Shown here: piece after piece, positions 19,091-27,932 of the stretch
Layout: each line of letters starts with the position of its first letter
Position numbering within the stretch: the first letter of the stretch is position 1
Virus record (IMG/VR): IMGVR_UViG_3300043172_000799
Location: 92,944 to 156,943 of that record
Length of the DNA: 64,000 nt
Source: a virus
Lineage: Duplodnaviria; Heunggongvirae; Uroviricota; Caudoviricetes
Direction: 5' to 3' (one strand)
Made by a program: the position numbers and the translations under genes
The notes under the pieces: generated by a model
Told to the model about the DNA's origin: nothing
Seen by the model: only the letters and a program-made list of their open reading frames with translations
The model's database searches: none

Positions 19091-19403
19091 TAACTAACTC
19101 TTCAAACAGACTCAGTACTTTCTCCTTATTTAGCATCCCACTAAATCGATCTAGATACTCCCCTTTATAAAAGAACATTACTGTAGGCACTACCATCAAG
19201 TCATATTCCGTTGCTATTGCATGTTCTTCTTCTGCATCCAGTTGATAAAAATCAATATGCCCATTCTCTTCTGATAGTTCCTTATAGATAGGAGAAAATA
19301 GTTTGCATGGGACACAAGACTTAGTGTACATTTTTACAATTACAGGCTTTTTAGCCTTGATCACCTTCTCTTCAAAATCTTCTGTTGTTAAATTATTTAC
19401 CAT
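19035..19403 (-). CDS. thioredoxin/glutaredoxin-like protein
   Basis: CxxC active site 'TKSCVPCKLFSP' in thioredoxin-fold context, adjacent to RNR. Confidence 0.7.
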   Translation of the reverse strand: MVNNLTTEDFEEKVIKAKKPVIVKMYTKSCVPCKLFSPIYKELSEENGHIDFYQLDAEEEHAIATEYDLMVVPTVMFFYKGEYLDRFSGMLNKEKVLSLFEELVIESFEKPFGRSEEHSIGI

Positions 19404-19409
19404 ATTCCC

Positions 19410-19604
19410 TCAATACACATCTTCCGCTAATTGCTTTAGTATATCAAAACATTCCTGTAGTTTTTCTCTATCTAGAGAATCTTCTCCCAATACTACCTCA
19501 AGCATATCTCTTGCTTCTACCACTTCCCCTTCGATATAATCAATGTACTCATTGAAAGATGATGTTACTTGATCTGTCAAATTTTCTAGTGCTTTTTTCC
19601 GCAT
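19410..19604 (-). CDS. hypothetical protein
   Basis: 64-aa ORF. Confidence 0.3.
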   Translation of the reverse strand: MRKKALENLTDQVTSSFNEYIDYIEGEVVEARDMLEVVLGEDSLDREKLQECFDILKQLAEDVY

Positions 19605-19609
19605 TACTT

Positions 19610-19930
19610 TTATCCTCCGTATTTGTCTTTCATTTCGGTAAGAAATCTGTTAAACTCTATATCAACTTGTATAAGTTTATGTTCTCGGCAATCCTCACAA
19701 GTCATTGAGGTGTTTGCATAGTATGCTTGCTTGTAGAAAGATTCCAATTTTGCTTGATCCCTACGCTCCAGTATTATAGCATTCCCTAACTCAGAGGAGG
19801 AAACAATAATATCTTCCTCCACCGAATAATACACATACTGTAGTCTTCCTAATGCATTTAGCTTCTCTGGGATTGCGTTCAATTCATTAAATAACATTAT
19901 TCCTCCTTTCTTAACTAATGTATACTTCAT
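19610..19930 (-). CDS. hypothetical protein
   Basis: 106-aa ORF. Confidence 0.35.
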   Translation of the reverse strand: MKYTLVKKGGIMLFNELNAIPEKLNALGRLQYVYYSVEEDIIVSSSELGNAIILERRDQAKLESFYKQAYYANTSMTCEDCREHKLIQVDIEFNRFLTEMKDKYGG

Positions 19931-20231
19931 TAATCCACAGCAGATCAGTCTTCTCCAGATTCGTGAATCCTATCATGTGCATCTCACTGATAAAATCAAC
20001 AATACCAAATATGGGATCAGAAGCAAACAGGCAGAAGAATGTGTTTCCAGACCATGCATTTCCACCTTGCTCAAAATCAATACACTCACTTTCTACTAAA
20101 AGTTCTTCTAAGAAGTCAAACCCAGAATCGGATTCTATAAATCTCTCCCAGAGATCTGAATCAAATTTCATAACAGTTTCTTCATTAAACTTAATGCCAA
20201 TTCCGGCACAAGCACTGTAATCTACACACAT
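19911..20231 (-). CDS. hypothetical acidic protein
   Basis: 106-aa ORF. Confidence 0.35.
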   Translation of the reverse strand: MCVDYSACAGIGIKFNEETVMKFDSDLWERFIESDSGFDFLEELLVESECIDFEQGGNAWSGNTFFCLFASDPIFGIVDFISEMHMIGFTNLEKTDLLWINEVYIS

Positions 20232-20232
20232 T

Positions 20233-20769
20233 CTATTCCTCCAATTTATCTATTTCCCTAACAATGATACGATAATCATCTACAACAGATAGTGCTACAG
20301 GGAACTTTCCATCCTCCTGATCTTTCCAAAGCTTGAAGATCCCCTTAGTTATATCTAAAGAAATTCCAAGCTTTCCACCAATGATTAGGAGCACTTCTTT
20401 CTCCATTCTGTTTTTCAAATCCTCTTTGTTGGTATTGTTTTCTACAATTTGCTTAAATACTTCCATTAAATCTTCATAGACATTTACTTCAAAATTAAAA
20501 TGTGATTTTCTTACAGATTTAATTTCAGTTACAGTCTCTATTCCAGCGTCTATTTCTAGAATTGTATTGAAATATTTTGTAACTTCTTTCTTAATCCTCT
20601 TAACTTCAAAAGGCTCAAAGGCACTTTCTTCTCCAAAGTGCCTCTCCATAAAAGCATCTTTCATATCCTTGTTATGGTCAGATAATTCTTTTTGCTCATT
20701 CATAAAAGATTTATATTTTTTATAGTAATCTTTTATATCTCCTGCTAGTTCTTTGTTAATTTCCTTCAT
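20233..20769 (-). CDS. hypothetical protein
   Basis: 178-aa ORF. Confidence 0.4.
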   Translation of the reverse strand: MKEINKELAGDIKDYYKKYKSFMNEQKELSDHNKDMKDAFMERHFGEESAFEPFEVKRIKKEVTKYFNTILEIDAGIETVTEIKSVRKSHFNFEVNVYEDLMEVFKQIVENNTNKEDLKNRMEKEVLLIIGGKLGISLDITKGIFKLWKDQEDGKFPVALSVVDDYRIIVREIDKLEE

Positions 20770-21148
20770 CTATTTTCTCCTTTTGCAATTCTATAAATTT
20801 GATCATTGCACTAAACCCAATAAGTAAAATAGTAAACATAATAATCACTATTTTGTAATATCCCATATAATATGTGGTTATCATAAGTAATACGGATAGG
20901 ATATTCGCGGTAACATAATTGTAATCCAGTTGAACCTGTGTATTGTTCTTGAGGATAAGGTCAATTTTCTCTTTATTCTCTTTATTCTTTGTAAAGAAAG
21001 AGGCTAATCCAATGGTTCCAAAGAAGAATACAAAGCCATAAAATATCCCAACAATGTTCCCTGCTAATTGCATATGCCCTGTATTATACCCAAGGTACAA
21101 TACCCCTACTATGAATACATCATACAATAAAACTTTTAATATCCTCAT
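20756..21148 (-). CDS. integral membrane protein (about 4 TM helices)
   Basis: Hydrophobic segments 'VFIVGVLYLGY', 'IVGIFYGFVFFFGTIGLASFF', 'ILSVLLMITTYYMGYY', 'IVIIMFTILLIGF'. Confidence 0.45.
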   Translation of the reverse strand: MRILKVLLYDVFIVGVLYLGYNTGHMQLAGNIVGIFYGFVFFFGTIGLASFFTKNKENKEKIDLILKNNTQVQLDYNYVTANILSVLLMITTYYMGYYKIVIIMFTILLIGFSAMIKFIELQKEKIDEGN

Positions 21149-21738
21149 TCAATTTCCCCTAATCCAAATTTCCTAATGTAATCCTTCATTATATTTTTTC
21201 GGTTTTCTATAACCAGTTTTTCCATCTCCTCATATTTATGTAGAGGAAGGATTAGGTCATATGCCTCAGTACAACCTTCAAAATCTGATACTATAAAGCC
21301 ATATCCATCTATAGGACTCTTTCCTACAAAGAGCATTTCATCAAAGTGTGGAAGTGCTTCAGTTAGGTATCCAGCCATTACAGGAGAGCCATTTTTAATA
21401 GTTTCATAAATGGCTCTGGTTGTTACTATAGGCTCATCAGTTTGGATAACATCTAAGTATACCTCCCCATCTACGTTTGCTGTAGCAGTTCTTTGTTTAG
21501 GAATATCTTCCAGCATCCACTCTTCCCACTCCCAATCATTACCTTCTGTTCGATATGTGTCTCCTATAACAGCTCTCACAATAAGCTCCATACCACAATG
21601 GTCTTTCATTCCCACTGCAAATACTGCGTTTCCTTCATCGAATTCTAATTCCCCGTCAGAATCCTTAACCACACCTACCATCCCTACCAAACCCTCATAG
21701 GATTTAACTTTAAACTTATCTCCTGTTTTGTATTCCAT
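21145..21738 (-). CDS. hypothetical protein
   Basis: 197-aa ORF. Confidence 0.4.
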   Translation of the reverse strand: MEYKTGDKFKVKSYEGLVGMVGVVKDSDGELEFDEGNAVFAVGMKDHCGMELIVRAVIGDTYRTEGNDWEWEEWMLEDIPKQRTATANVDGEVYLDVIQTDEPIVTTRAIYETIKNGSPVMAGYLTEALPHFDEMLFVGKSPIDGYGFIVSDFEGCTEAYDLILPLHKYEEMEKLVIENRKNIMKDYIRKFGLGEIE

Positions 21739-21750
21739 ATTTCCTCCTAT

Positions 21751-21942
21751 TTATGTACCTAAATATTCAACACAATATCTTTTTAATTCTGCCTTGCAAA
21801 TTTCTAACGTTGTAAAGGGACCATATAATTCACTGTAAGTTTCATTCTCAAAGTGGAATCCTTGTGCATGTTGTGCAGAGTCTTCTTCTAATAAAAAAAT
21901 GTGTGTATGTACTATTCCTTCTTCGTCTTTGTAATATGCCAT
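21751..21942 (-). CDS. hypothetical protein
   Basis: 63-aa ORF. Confidence 0.3.
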   Translation of the reverse strand: MAYYKDEEGIVHTHIFLLEEDSAQHAQGFHFENETYSELYGPFTTLEICKAELKRYCVEYLGT

Positions 21943-21950
21943 ATTCTCTC

Positions 21951-22865
21951 CTATATATTCTCATAAATTGCTAAAAGCAAACTCGGCAGTGGTGTATCAT
22001 ACATTTCCGTTTTAAAACTGTCCAGTATCAATGCACTATTTTTATCTCCGGTATTCAACAAAACTTTTGCATGGTAATTAAGAACCACTCTGCGAATACC
22101 TTCTACCTCACTAGCGGATACATTCTGTAATAGTTTGGTAATTGTGCTCCATTTTGTAGAAGAGCTATACAATGCCTTTGATAATTCATAGCCAATACCT
22201 TTCTCAGCTTCCTCTAGGCTACTTATTAGTTTAAGTTGTGTTTCACTATCATCTATCCCCACAAGTAGTTGTAGAGAGCTAATACAATCGCGTGGAATAG
22301 AATTGTTAATCTTACATATCTCAGTCAGTACTTTTCTTTCTACCGTTAAACTTTCTTCTTTACATATGTATACCAAATGATCTCGCATTGATTTCATATC
22401 AGGAGCTTTAAATTCTATCTTGGTAAATCTACTTTTAATGTTAGCAGGGATCTTCTTAAACTCTGTTGTACAAAGGATGAAAAACACATTCTCTGGTGGC
22501 TCCTCTGTAGCTTTTAATAGTGCATCAAAGAATGCCGAAGATGCTTTCTGAATTTCATCTAAGATAATAAGTTTATTTTTGTACCCTAGTGGTATCTGAT
22601 GAATATTATTAGCTATTTCTTTTGATTTAGCTACTCCGTTATCTACCGCAGAAGAGATTTCTTCAATGTAACAATCAGGGATATTAGAACCCATAACTCT
22701 AGCCATGGAAGTTTTTCCTAAACCGTGGATACCATAAAAAAGATAGGTATGATCTATGTTGCCAGATTCAATATCCTTCTTCAGTTTATTAAGATGTGCA
22801 AGATCTCCTATCGTTTCATCAAGTGATTTAAATCTATATTTATTATATAATTTAGTATTACTCAC
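21951..22865 (-). CDS. clamp-loader AAA+ ATPase (DnaX/HolB-like)
   Basis: 'YRFKSLDETIGD' matches yRP..fdd.vGQ. Walker A 'GIHGLGKTSMAR'. Walker B 'LIILDEIQ'. 'ALLKATEEPPENVFFILCTTEFKKIPANIKSRFTKIEF' matches 'ALLKTLEEPP...F.lATT....ip.TI.SRC'. Confidence 0.75.
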   Translation of the reverse strand: MSNTKLYNKYRFKSLDETIGDLAHLNKLKKDIESGNIDHTYLFYGIHGLGKTSMARVMGSNIPDCYIEEISSAVDNGVAKSKEIANNIHQIPLGYKNKLIILDEIQKASSAFFDALLKATEEPPENVFFILCTTEFKKIPANIKSRFTKIEFKAPDMKSMRDHLVYICKEESLTVERKVLTEICKINNSIPRDCISSLQLLVGIDDSETQLKLISSLEEAEKGIGYELSKALYSSSTKWSTITKLLQNVSASEVEGIRRVVLNYHAKVLLNTGDKNSALILDSFKTEMYDTPLPSLLLAIYENI

Positions 22866-23628
22866 GTACTACCCCTCTACTAGCATCTAGTGAAAAATCC
22901 TTTTGGTATCTCTGCTCTGCATCTTTACGTGCCTTTATTGCATCAGATTTATTTTTAAACAGTTTTCTCAACACTCTCTTTCCCCCAACAGATAAACAGG
23001 ACTCCCATTTATTCTGCTTAATATTCCAACTAATCCCCTTTACTCCAGAAGTATTTCTCTTGCTTACCTTTGTATTCATACTATTTTGGCTACTTGAGGC
23101 TGTCCTCATATTTAGCTTCCTATTGTTCAAACCATCGCCATCTTTATGTTCTGGGATGATTCCTTCCTTAGTAGGAAGTATTATGGAATGCATATATACA
23201 CTTGAAGAGTAGTGCTTCCCTTTTGCATTTGCTATACTGTAGAAAACCCCACCAATACCCACAGTCCTACACCAACAATAGTCTTTTACTTTGATGTAAT
23301 CTTCCTTGTCCACAAGAGTACATCCATGCTCCCTATTGAAGAAAAATATTTTAATGTACTCACCACAATCTTCTATGCTATTTACCTTGGAGTTTGTTGT
23401 GGATGCTGTTTCCTTTTGCAAACACCCACAACTTTTTGTCAATCCAGACACTAGTTTGGTTCGCTTCACTGTGGTTATAGTAGCATTGAGGCAACTACAC
23501 CTACACCAGTATTTCCACTGTGAAGGGGGTACATCTTTATCATCTTTAACTTTACTATCTTCATCAACCTCAATTATGTGTAACCTTCCAAATCTCATTT
23601 CTTTTTCTAGATATTTAGAATATCTCAT
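22858..23628 (-). CDS. free-standing HNH-AP2 homing endonuclease
   Basis: Same architecture as 4511..5269: 'CRCSCL...SCGC'. HNH 'EHKDGDGLNNRKLNMRTASSSQN'. AP2 'SGVKGISWNIKQNKWESCLSVGGKRVL'. Confidence 0.8.
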   Translation of the reverse strand: MRYSKYLEKEMRFGRLHIIEVDEDSKVKDDKDVPPSQWKYWCRCSCLNATITTVKRTKLVSGLTKSCGCLQKETASTTNSKVNSIEDCGEYIKIFFFNREHGCTLVDKEDYIKVKDYCWCRTVGIGGVFYSIANAKGKHYSSSVYMHSIILPTKEGIIPEHKDGDGLNNRKLNMRTASSSQNSMNTKVSKRNTSGVKGISWNIKQNKWESCLSVGGKRVLRKLFKNKSDAIKARKDAEQRYQKDFSLDASRGVVRE

Positions 23629-23927
23629 TGGATTTTCTCCATTAAAGTCATAACTGTACCATCCTCTAGGAAGATTAGTCCTACAATAGTTTTAGCAGTT
23701 ATGCGTTCTAGTTCTCTAATCTCTTGAATTATATCAGATTTTAATACTATACAATTTTCGGCTGACCCCGAATATCCATTTTTCCAAAAAAAATCACCAG
23801 AAACTTCAGCATTCTCTACACTTGTGTTCATGATATCGGAGGGAGCTTTAACCTCCTCTTCGATCACTTCTTCTACCGAAGGAGGTTGTCTTCCAAGTTC
23901 CTTACTCGTTTTATATTTATCAACCAT
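23625..23927 (-). CDS. hypothetical protein
   Basis: 100-aa ORF. Confidence 0.3.
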   Translation of the reverse strand: MVDKYKTSKELGRQPPSVEEVIEEEVKAPSDIMNTSVENAEVSGDFFWKNGYSGSAENCIVLKSDIIQEIRELERITAKTIVGLIFLEDGTVMTLMEKIQ

Positions 23928-25206
23928 TATCTTTTATCCAATCCTCTATTGTGATTTTCTCATATTCTTCCTTAGATATTTCCCGTTTTACAAATACTTT
24001 TTTTGCACGTGGAGCACTATCATAAAAATCAAATATCATATCGTCATATTTCACTTCCAATTCCAAAATAACAGAATTAGCGTCATTACTATGAGGAAGC
24101 ACAGAAGGTGCAATCTCACCATATATCCCAGAAGAATATCTACCATAGTACCCTCTCATGACTGCCTCTATCTCTTCTCCTACTACATACTCAAAATCAG
24201 ATTGCCAATAGGAGATTAGCTTAGAGCCTTTCTTCTTTACATTTTTATACATCTTAAAGGAATCTAATTTTTGAATAGGGTGGATAATATCTTCTTCATC
24301 ATCCTTTGCTACGTACACCATTTTCATGTAATTACTACCAGCAATAATGAATGCCATTTCTCCAATTTTGTATACCTTAGAAGGGGTAGGGCACAAATCT
24401 TTATATATTTTGATTTGATAATCTTCCTCATCTATTGCACTACTATCAACCATATTTGCACCATCATTTCTACTACTACCAAACAAAATGACATCATTCT
24501 CTGGATACCCTGCTATACACAAATACTTTCCTTCCTTAAATGGGAGTATTTTTATGGTAGAAATAAAATCCATAACGTTAACTTCATTGAACTCACTATA
24601 TCCTTTCTTTTCCCATTCTTCTTTCAAATTGATACCATACATTCCTTGGATATGGTTTTCTACATCCTCTATACATGTAAGATTTAGAAAAGATGTTTTA
24701 AGAGCAATCTTTATCATTTCTCTCCTAGAGATGTGAAACCCCTTCTCTTTGTATTTATGAATTCTAAGAAGAGATCCTATGGGGTACATATTAGTACCGG
24801 AATAAATTAACTTCCTGCCTATTATATCTCTATGAAATCTAGGATCAAATACAAACTCCTCCGTTTCAAAATCAAATCCTGCCATACAAATGGTAAAGTC
24901 AAATGATTCAAATATTTCCTCCAGAGAATTGAAGTATTTAAATAAGATAAGATTACGAGGGATGGTAAACCCTACAATTATCATAGAGCGCTTTGTGTAA
25001 GATATTACTGCTTGTCCCTCATTGCATATGTAAAAATTGAAGGCATCTCCCTTTGATCTAAAGTAAAGATCAAAATCTTTTATTTCTGTGCCGGAGAAGA
25101 GAGATAGTATTGCTCCTCCGGCTAAGAATGCTTTCATTTTTTTTAACTCGTTGTATGTTACTTCTCCCATTAAAGAGATTAGTTTTTCTTTTTCATATTT
25201 GTACAT
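23920..25206 (-). CDS. CCA-adding enzyme / poly(A) polymerase-family nucleotidyltransferase-like protein
   Basis: 'GGAILSLFSGTEIKDFDL' matches the class II CCA-enzyme head motif 'GGAVRDLLLGRPPKDIDL' residue for residue in spacing. 'DFTICMAGFD' matches 'RRDFTINA'. 'DPRFHRDIIGRKLIYSG' matches 'DPfgGl.DL..k.iR.vG'. The RR of motif B is replaced by 'ES'. Confidence 0.55.
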   Translation of the reverse strand: MYKYEKEKLISLMGEVTYNELKKMKAFLAGGAILSLFSGTEIKDFDLYFRSKGDAFNFYICNEGQAVISYTKRSMIIVGFTIPRNLILFKYFNSLEEIFESFDFTICMAGFDFETEEFVFDPRFHRDIIGRKLIYSGTNMYPIGSLLRIHKYKEKGFHISRREMIKIALKTSFLNLTCIEDVENHIQGMYGINLKEEWEKKGYSEFNEVNVMDFISTIKILPFKEGKYLCIAGYPENDVILFGSSRNDGANMVDSSAIDEEDYQIKIYKDLCPTPSKVYKIGEMAFIIAGSNYMKMVYVAKDDEEDIIHPIQKLDSFKMYKNVKKKGSKLISYWQSDFEYVVGEEIEAVMRGYYGRYSSGIYGEIAPSVLPHSNDANSVILELEVKYDDMIFDFYDSAPRAKKVFVKREISKEEYEKITIEDWIKDNG

Positions 25207-26069
25207 TACACAGACACCTCTCCTCTAATTGATGGATGATAAGAATAATCTATTAAAACAATATCCTCACTAGAATTAAAATCTCTTATATCTTTTAATT
25301 TACTAGCAATAGTCACGGACGGTAATGTGAACTCTCTACCATCCCTAGAAATCTGCTTATCAACTTGTTCCGTGAGATTGTTGTAAATGTGTGTATCCCC
25401 TAAAAATCCAGTCAATATTCCAGACTTGTACCCAAATTGATGGGCAAGAAGCTCCAATAGCAATCCATAAGATGCAATATTGAATGGTAATCCTAAAAAT
25501 ACATCTACTGATCTTTGATACCATAATAAATCAAGATATCCTCCACGAACAATTACTTGCCAAAGCAGATGACAAGGAGGAAGAGCCATTTGATCTAACT
25601 GTAATGGATTCCATGCTGAAACTATCATTCTTCTATCATTGGGATGACACTCTAAACTATGTAATACTTTCTCTAACTGGTCGTAGTTATCACCATTGAA
25701 ATTTCTCCATTGCCTTCCATAGATTGGTCCTAAGTCCAATTCCTGTACTTGAAATGCTTTCCTTTCTTCATTATTAAGAACATCAGATGGGACTTGCATT
25801 GGATTACACCATTCATCCCAGATGTGGCAGTTTCTATTCTGATACCAATCTTTACTTGTTATTCCCTTAATAAAGCCTTCTAATTCGGTAGCCATGGTCT
25901 TAAAAGCTACTTTCTTAGTAGTAAGCAATGGAAATCCCTCTGCCATGTTATGTTGAATCATAGCCCCTGAAATAGATTGTGTCCCTGTACCTGTACGATC
26001 TCCTTTGTGCATTCCATTTTGTTTTATATTTCTCAATAAATTTATGTATTGTTTATCTAAAGTGTTCAT
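25206..26069 (-). CDS. thyA: thymidylate synthase (ThyA family; dCMP hydroxymethylase not excluded)
   Basis: 'MALPPCHLLWQVIV' active-site Cys motif. N-terminal 'LLRNIKQNG...GDRTGTGT' folate/dUMP-binding region. Confidence 0.8.
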   Translation of the reverse strand: MNTLDKQYINLLRNIKQNGMHKGDRTGTGTQSISGAMIQHNMAEGFPLLTTKKVAFKTMATELEGFIKGITSKDWYQNRNCHIWDEWCNPMQVPSDVLNNEERKAFQVQELDLGPIYGRQWRNFNGDNYDQLEKVLHSLECHPNDRRMIVSAWNPLQLDQMALPPCHLLWQVIVRGGYLDLLWYQRSVDVFLGLPFNIASYGLLLELLAHQFGYKSGILTGFLGDTHIYNNLTEQVDKQISRDGREFTLPSVTIASKLKDIRDFNSSEDIVLIDYSYHPSIRGEVSV

Positions 26070-26363
26070 CTACTCTCCCATTACTTCTTTTATTATTTCT
26101 TTCATAACTTTTTGGATTTCAGAAATGTGGCTTTGATTATTTTTTAAAACTCTAAGAATCTCTTGTTCTATTGTATTTTTGATCTCCTGATCAGTTATGA
26201 TATTTTCCATAACCCAATCATTTGTATCAAATAATACTGTATCTCCCCATGATAATGTATGGTGTACCCCCGAAAAAGAATATGTCAAGAAGGGGCTTAT
26301 ATCTACTTCTTGTATTTTTTCTACAATATCATAGAATGTGTTTCTTATCTCTTTATTTGTCAT
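26070..26363 (-). CDS. hypothetical protein
   Basis: 97-aa ORF, ATGA-coupled to thyA. Confidence 0.35.
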   Translation of the reverse strand: MTNKEIRNTFYDIVEKIQEVDISPFLTYSFSGVHHTLSWGDTVLFDTNDWVMENIITDQEIKNTIEQEILRVLKNNQSHISEIQKVMKEIIKEVMGE

Positions 26364-26375
26364 TAAATATCCCTC

Positions 26376-26792
26376 CTAAAGATTATTAATAAGTTCGGAA
26401 ATGCCATCAATTTCTAACTCGGTCTGTTTATCACTTGAAAGTAGGCTATCGAGCTGTTTCTCAAGAGCTGTCATTTCTTTCACTTTCTTTTTATATTCTT
26501 CTACCGCAACTCTACTTTTTAAATCGGAGATCCAATCCCCAAGTAAATAGCCATCATATTTAAAATCATCTTGCATCTTAAGATCTTTAGCTGAAAGGAA
26601 TAGCATGTTCACAGACACAAGTAAATGTTGTAATTCCTGACCTTTTAATGTGTTAATATTATACCTTTTATCTACTATGTTAAGGGAGCAATTGGTTATG
26701 GTTGTAACTTTAACACTACCTTTGGATAATTCTTTTTTCTTTTTTAGGATCTCTTCCTTCATTCCAATAATTTTATCATCGTTTTTACTCAT
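26376..26792 (-). CDS. hypothetical protein
   Basis: 138-aa ORF. Confidence 0.35.
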   Translation of the reverse strand: MSKNDDKIIGMKEEILKKKKELSKGSVKVTTITNCSLNIVDKRYNINTLKGQELQHLLVSVNMLFLSAKDLKMQDDFKYDGYLLGDWISDLKSRVAVEEYKKKVKEMTALEKQLDSLLSSDKQTELEIDGISELINNL

Positions 26793-27927
26793 TATTTTCC
26801 TCCTCCATAATGATTTCTTTTAAACTAATATCATATGTTCTAGATGTTCTACAAATTTTACCATTACTTAGATAGTAATTCTGGTAGTTACAATCTCCGT
26901 TATTAAATAGTTCTTCTATAGTATCGTATGTAGCTACAGCTACTTCATCATAATTATTATAGTAGCTATGTGTTGTATTTTTATTTACTTTTCTATACTT
27001 CTCAAACTTCTCTTCTTTTAATATAAACCTAACATAGAATAAAATACCTTCAGAATCAAAGAAACTTTCACTGTAGTTATAGTGGTAGTCTTTATTAAAA
27101 ATACACTCTCTAGAGAGATCTGTATAGGTGTAAGGTTTAGTCTTAGTAGTTTCCTCTGAACCTACATAACTACTTTTGTGCTCTAATGCTTCCATTAGCT
27201 CAGGATACTCAGGATGAACCTCCTCACTAATACAATACACTATTTTCTGAGGAACAGAAGTAATGGTACTTGCATACAAAGAAGTAAAATCCTCATAATA
27301 ATTTTTACTCCAACTACTTCGCTCTTCTTTATCTTCACCCTCTTCTGTCTGGTTAACATTTACAAACCAATGCTTCTTAAGTTTGCCATACTCAATAAAC
27401 CTACCTAAGTATATCCAACTCTGAGCTTGCTTTGTCATATAAGTATATCCAGCAACTAAGTCCTTTGCCTTGATAGTTGTATTACTCAAAAGTATTTTAG
27501 ACGTATTAGTCCACTCAGCATACTCTGGGGCACCTACTGGAACGAGCCAAAGCTCAGTCCCTTCCCACCCATATACAAAATCTCCTTCTAAAGCCTTTCC
27601 CTTATAGGAATTCGCATTTTCCAGTATGAAAATAAGATTGGGAATTGAGATTTCAAACTCAAAGCCTCTTGGATCATAAACTCTTGTATATGTATTTCTG
27701 GTATTCCAACTACACCGTTGTCCCCCAGCTTTCTTGTTTAGGACAAAGCCTTCTGTAGGCTCATTTGTATAATCATCCGAGCCTAACTTATCATCTTTCC
27801 AACTATTCCATGATGCTTCTTTTCTTAATTTGTCTTTTTCATCATAGTAAATGATGTAGGACAGTTTACCTGTGTAACAGTCCTCTCTTTCATTATATCC
27901 TGCTTTTATCTTCTTCGGCAAAAACAT
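26785..27927 (-). CDS. hypothetical protein
   Basis: 380-aa ORF, Tyr/Asn-rich. Confidence 0.4.
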   Translation of the reverse strand: MFLPKKIKAGYNEREDCYTGKLSYIIYYDEKDKLRKEASWNSWKDDKLGSDDYTNEPTEGFVLNKKAGGQRCSWNTRNTYTRVYDPRGFEFEISIPNLIFILENANSYKGKALEGDFVYGWEGTELWLVPVGAPEYAEWTNTSKILLSNTTIKAKDLVAGYTYMTKQAQSWIYLGRFIEYGKLKKHWFVNVNQTEEGEDKEERSSWSKNYYEDFTSLYASTITSVPQKIVYCISEEVHPEYPELMEALEHKSSYVGSEETTKTKPYTYTDLSRECIFNKDYHYNYSESFFDSEGILFYVRFILKEEKFEKYRKVNKNTTHSYYNNYDEVAVATYDTIEELFNNGDCNYQNYYLSNGKICRTSRTYDISLKEIIMEEENNE

Positions 27928-27932
27928 TCTTA

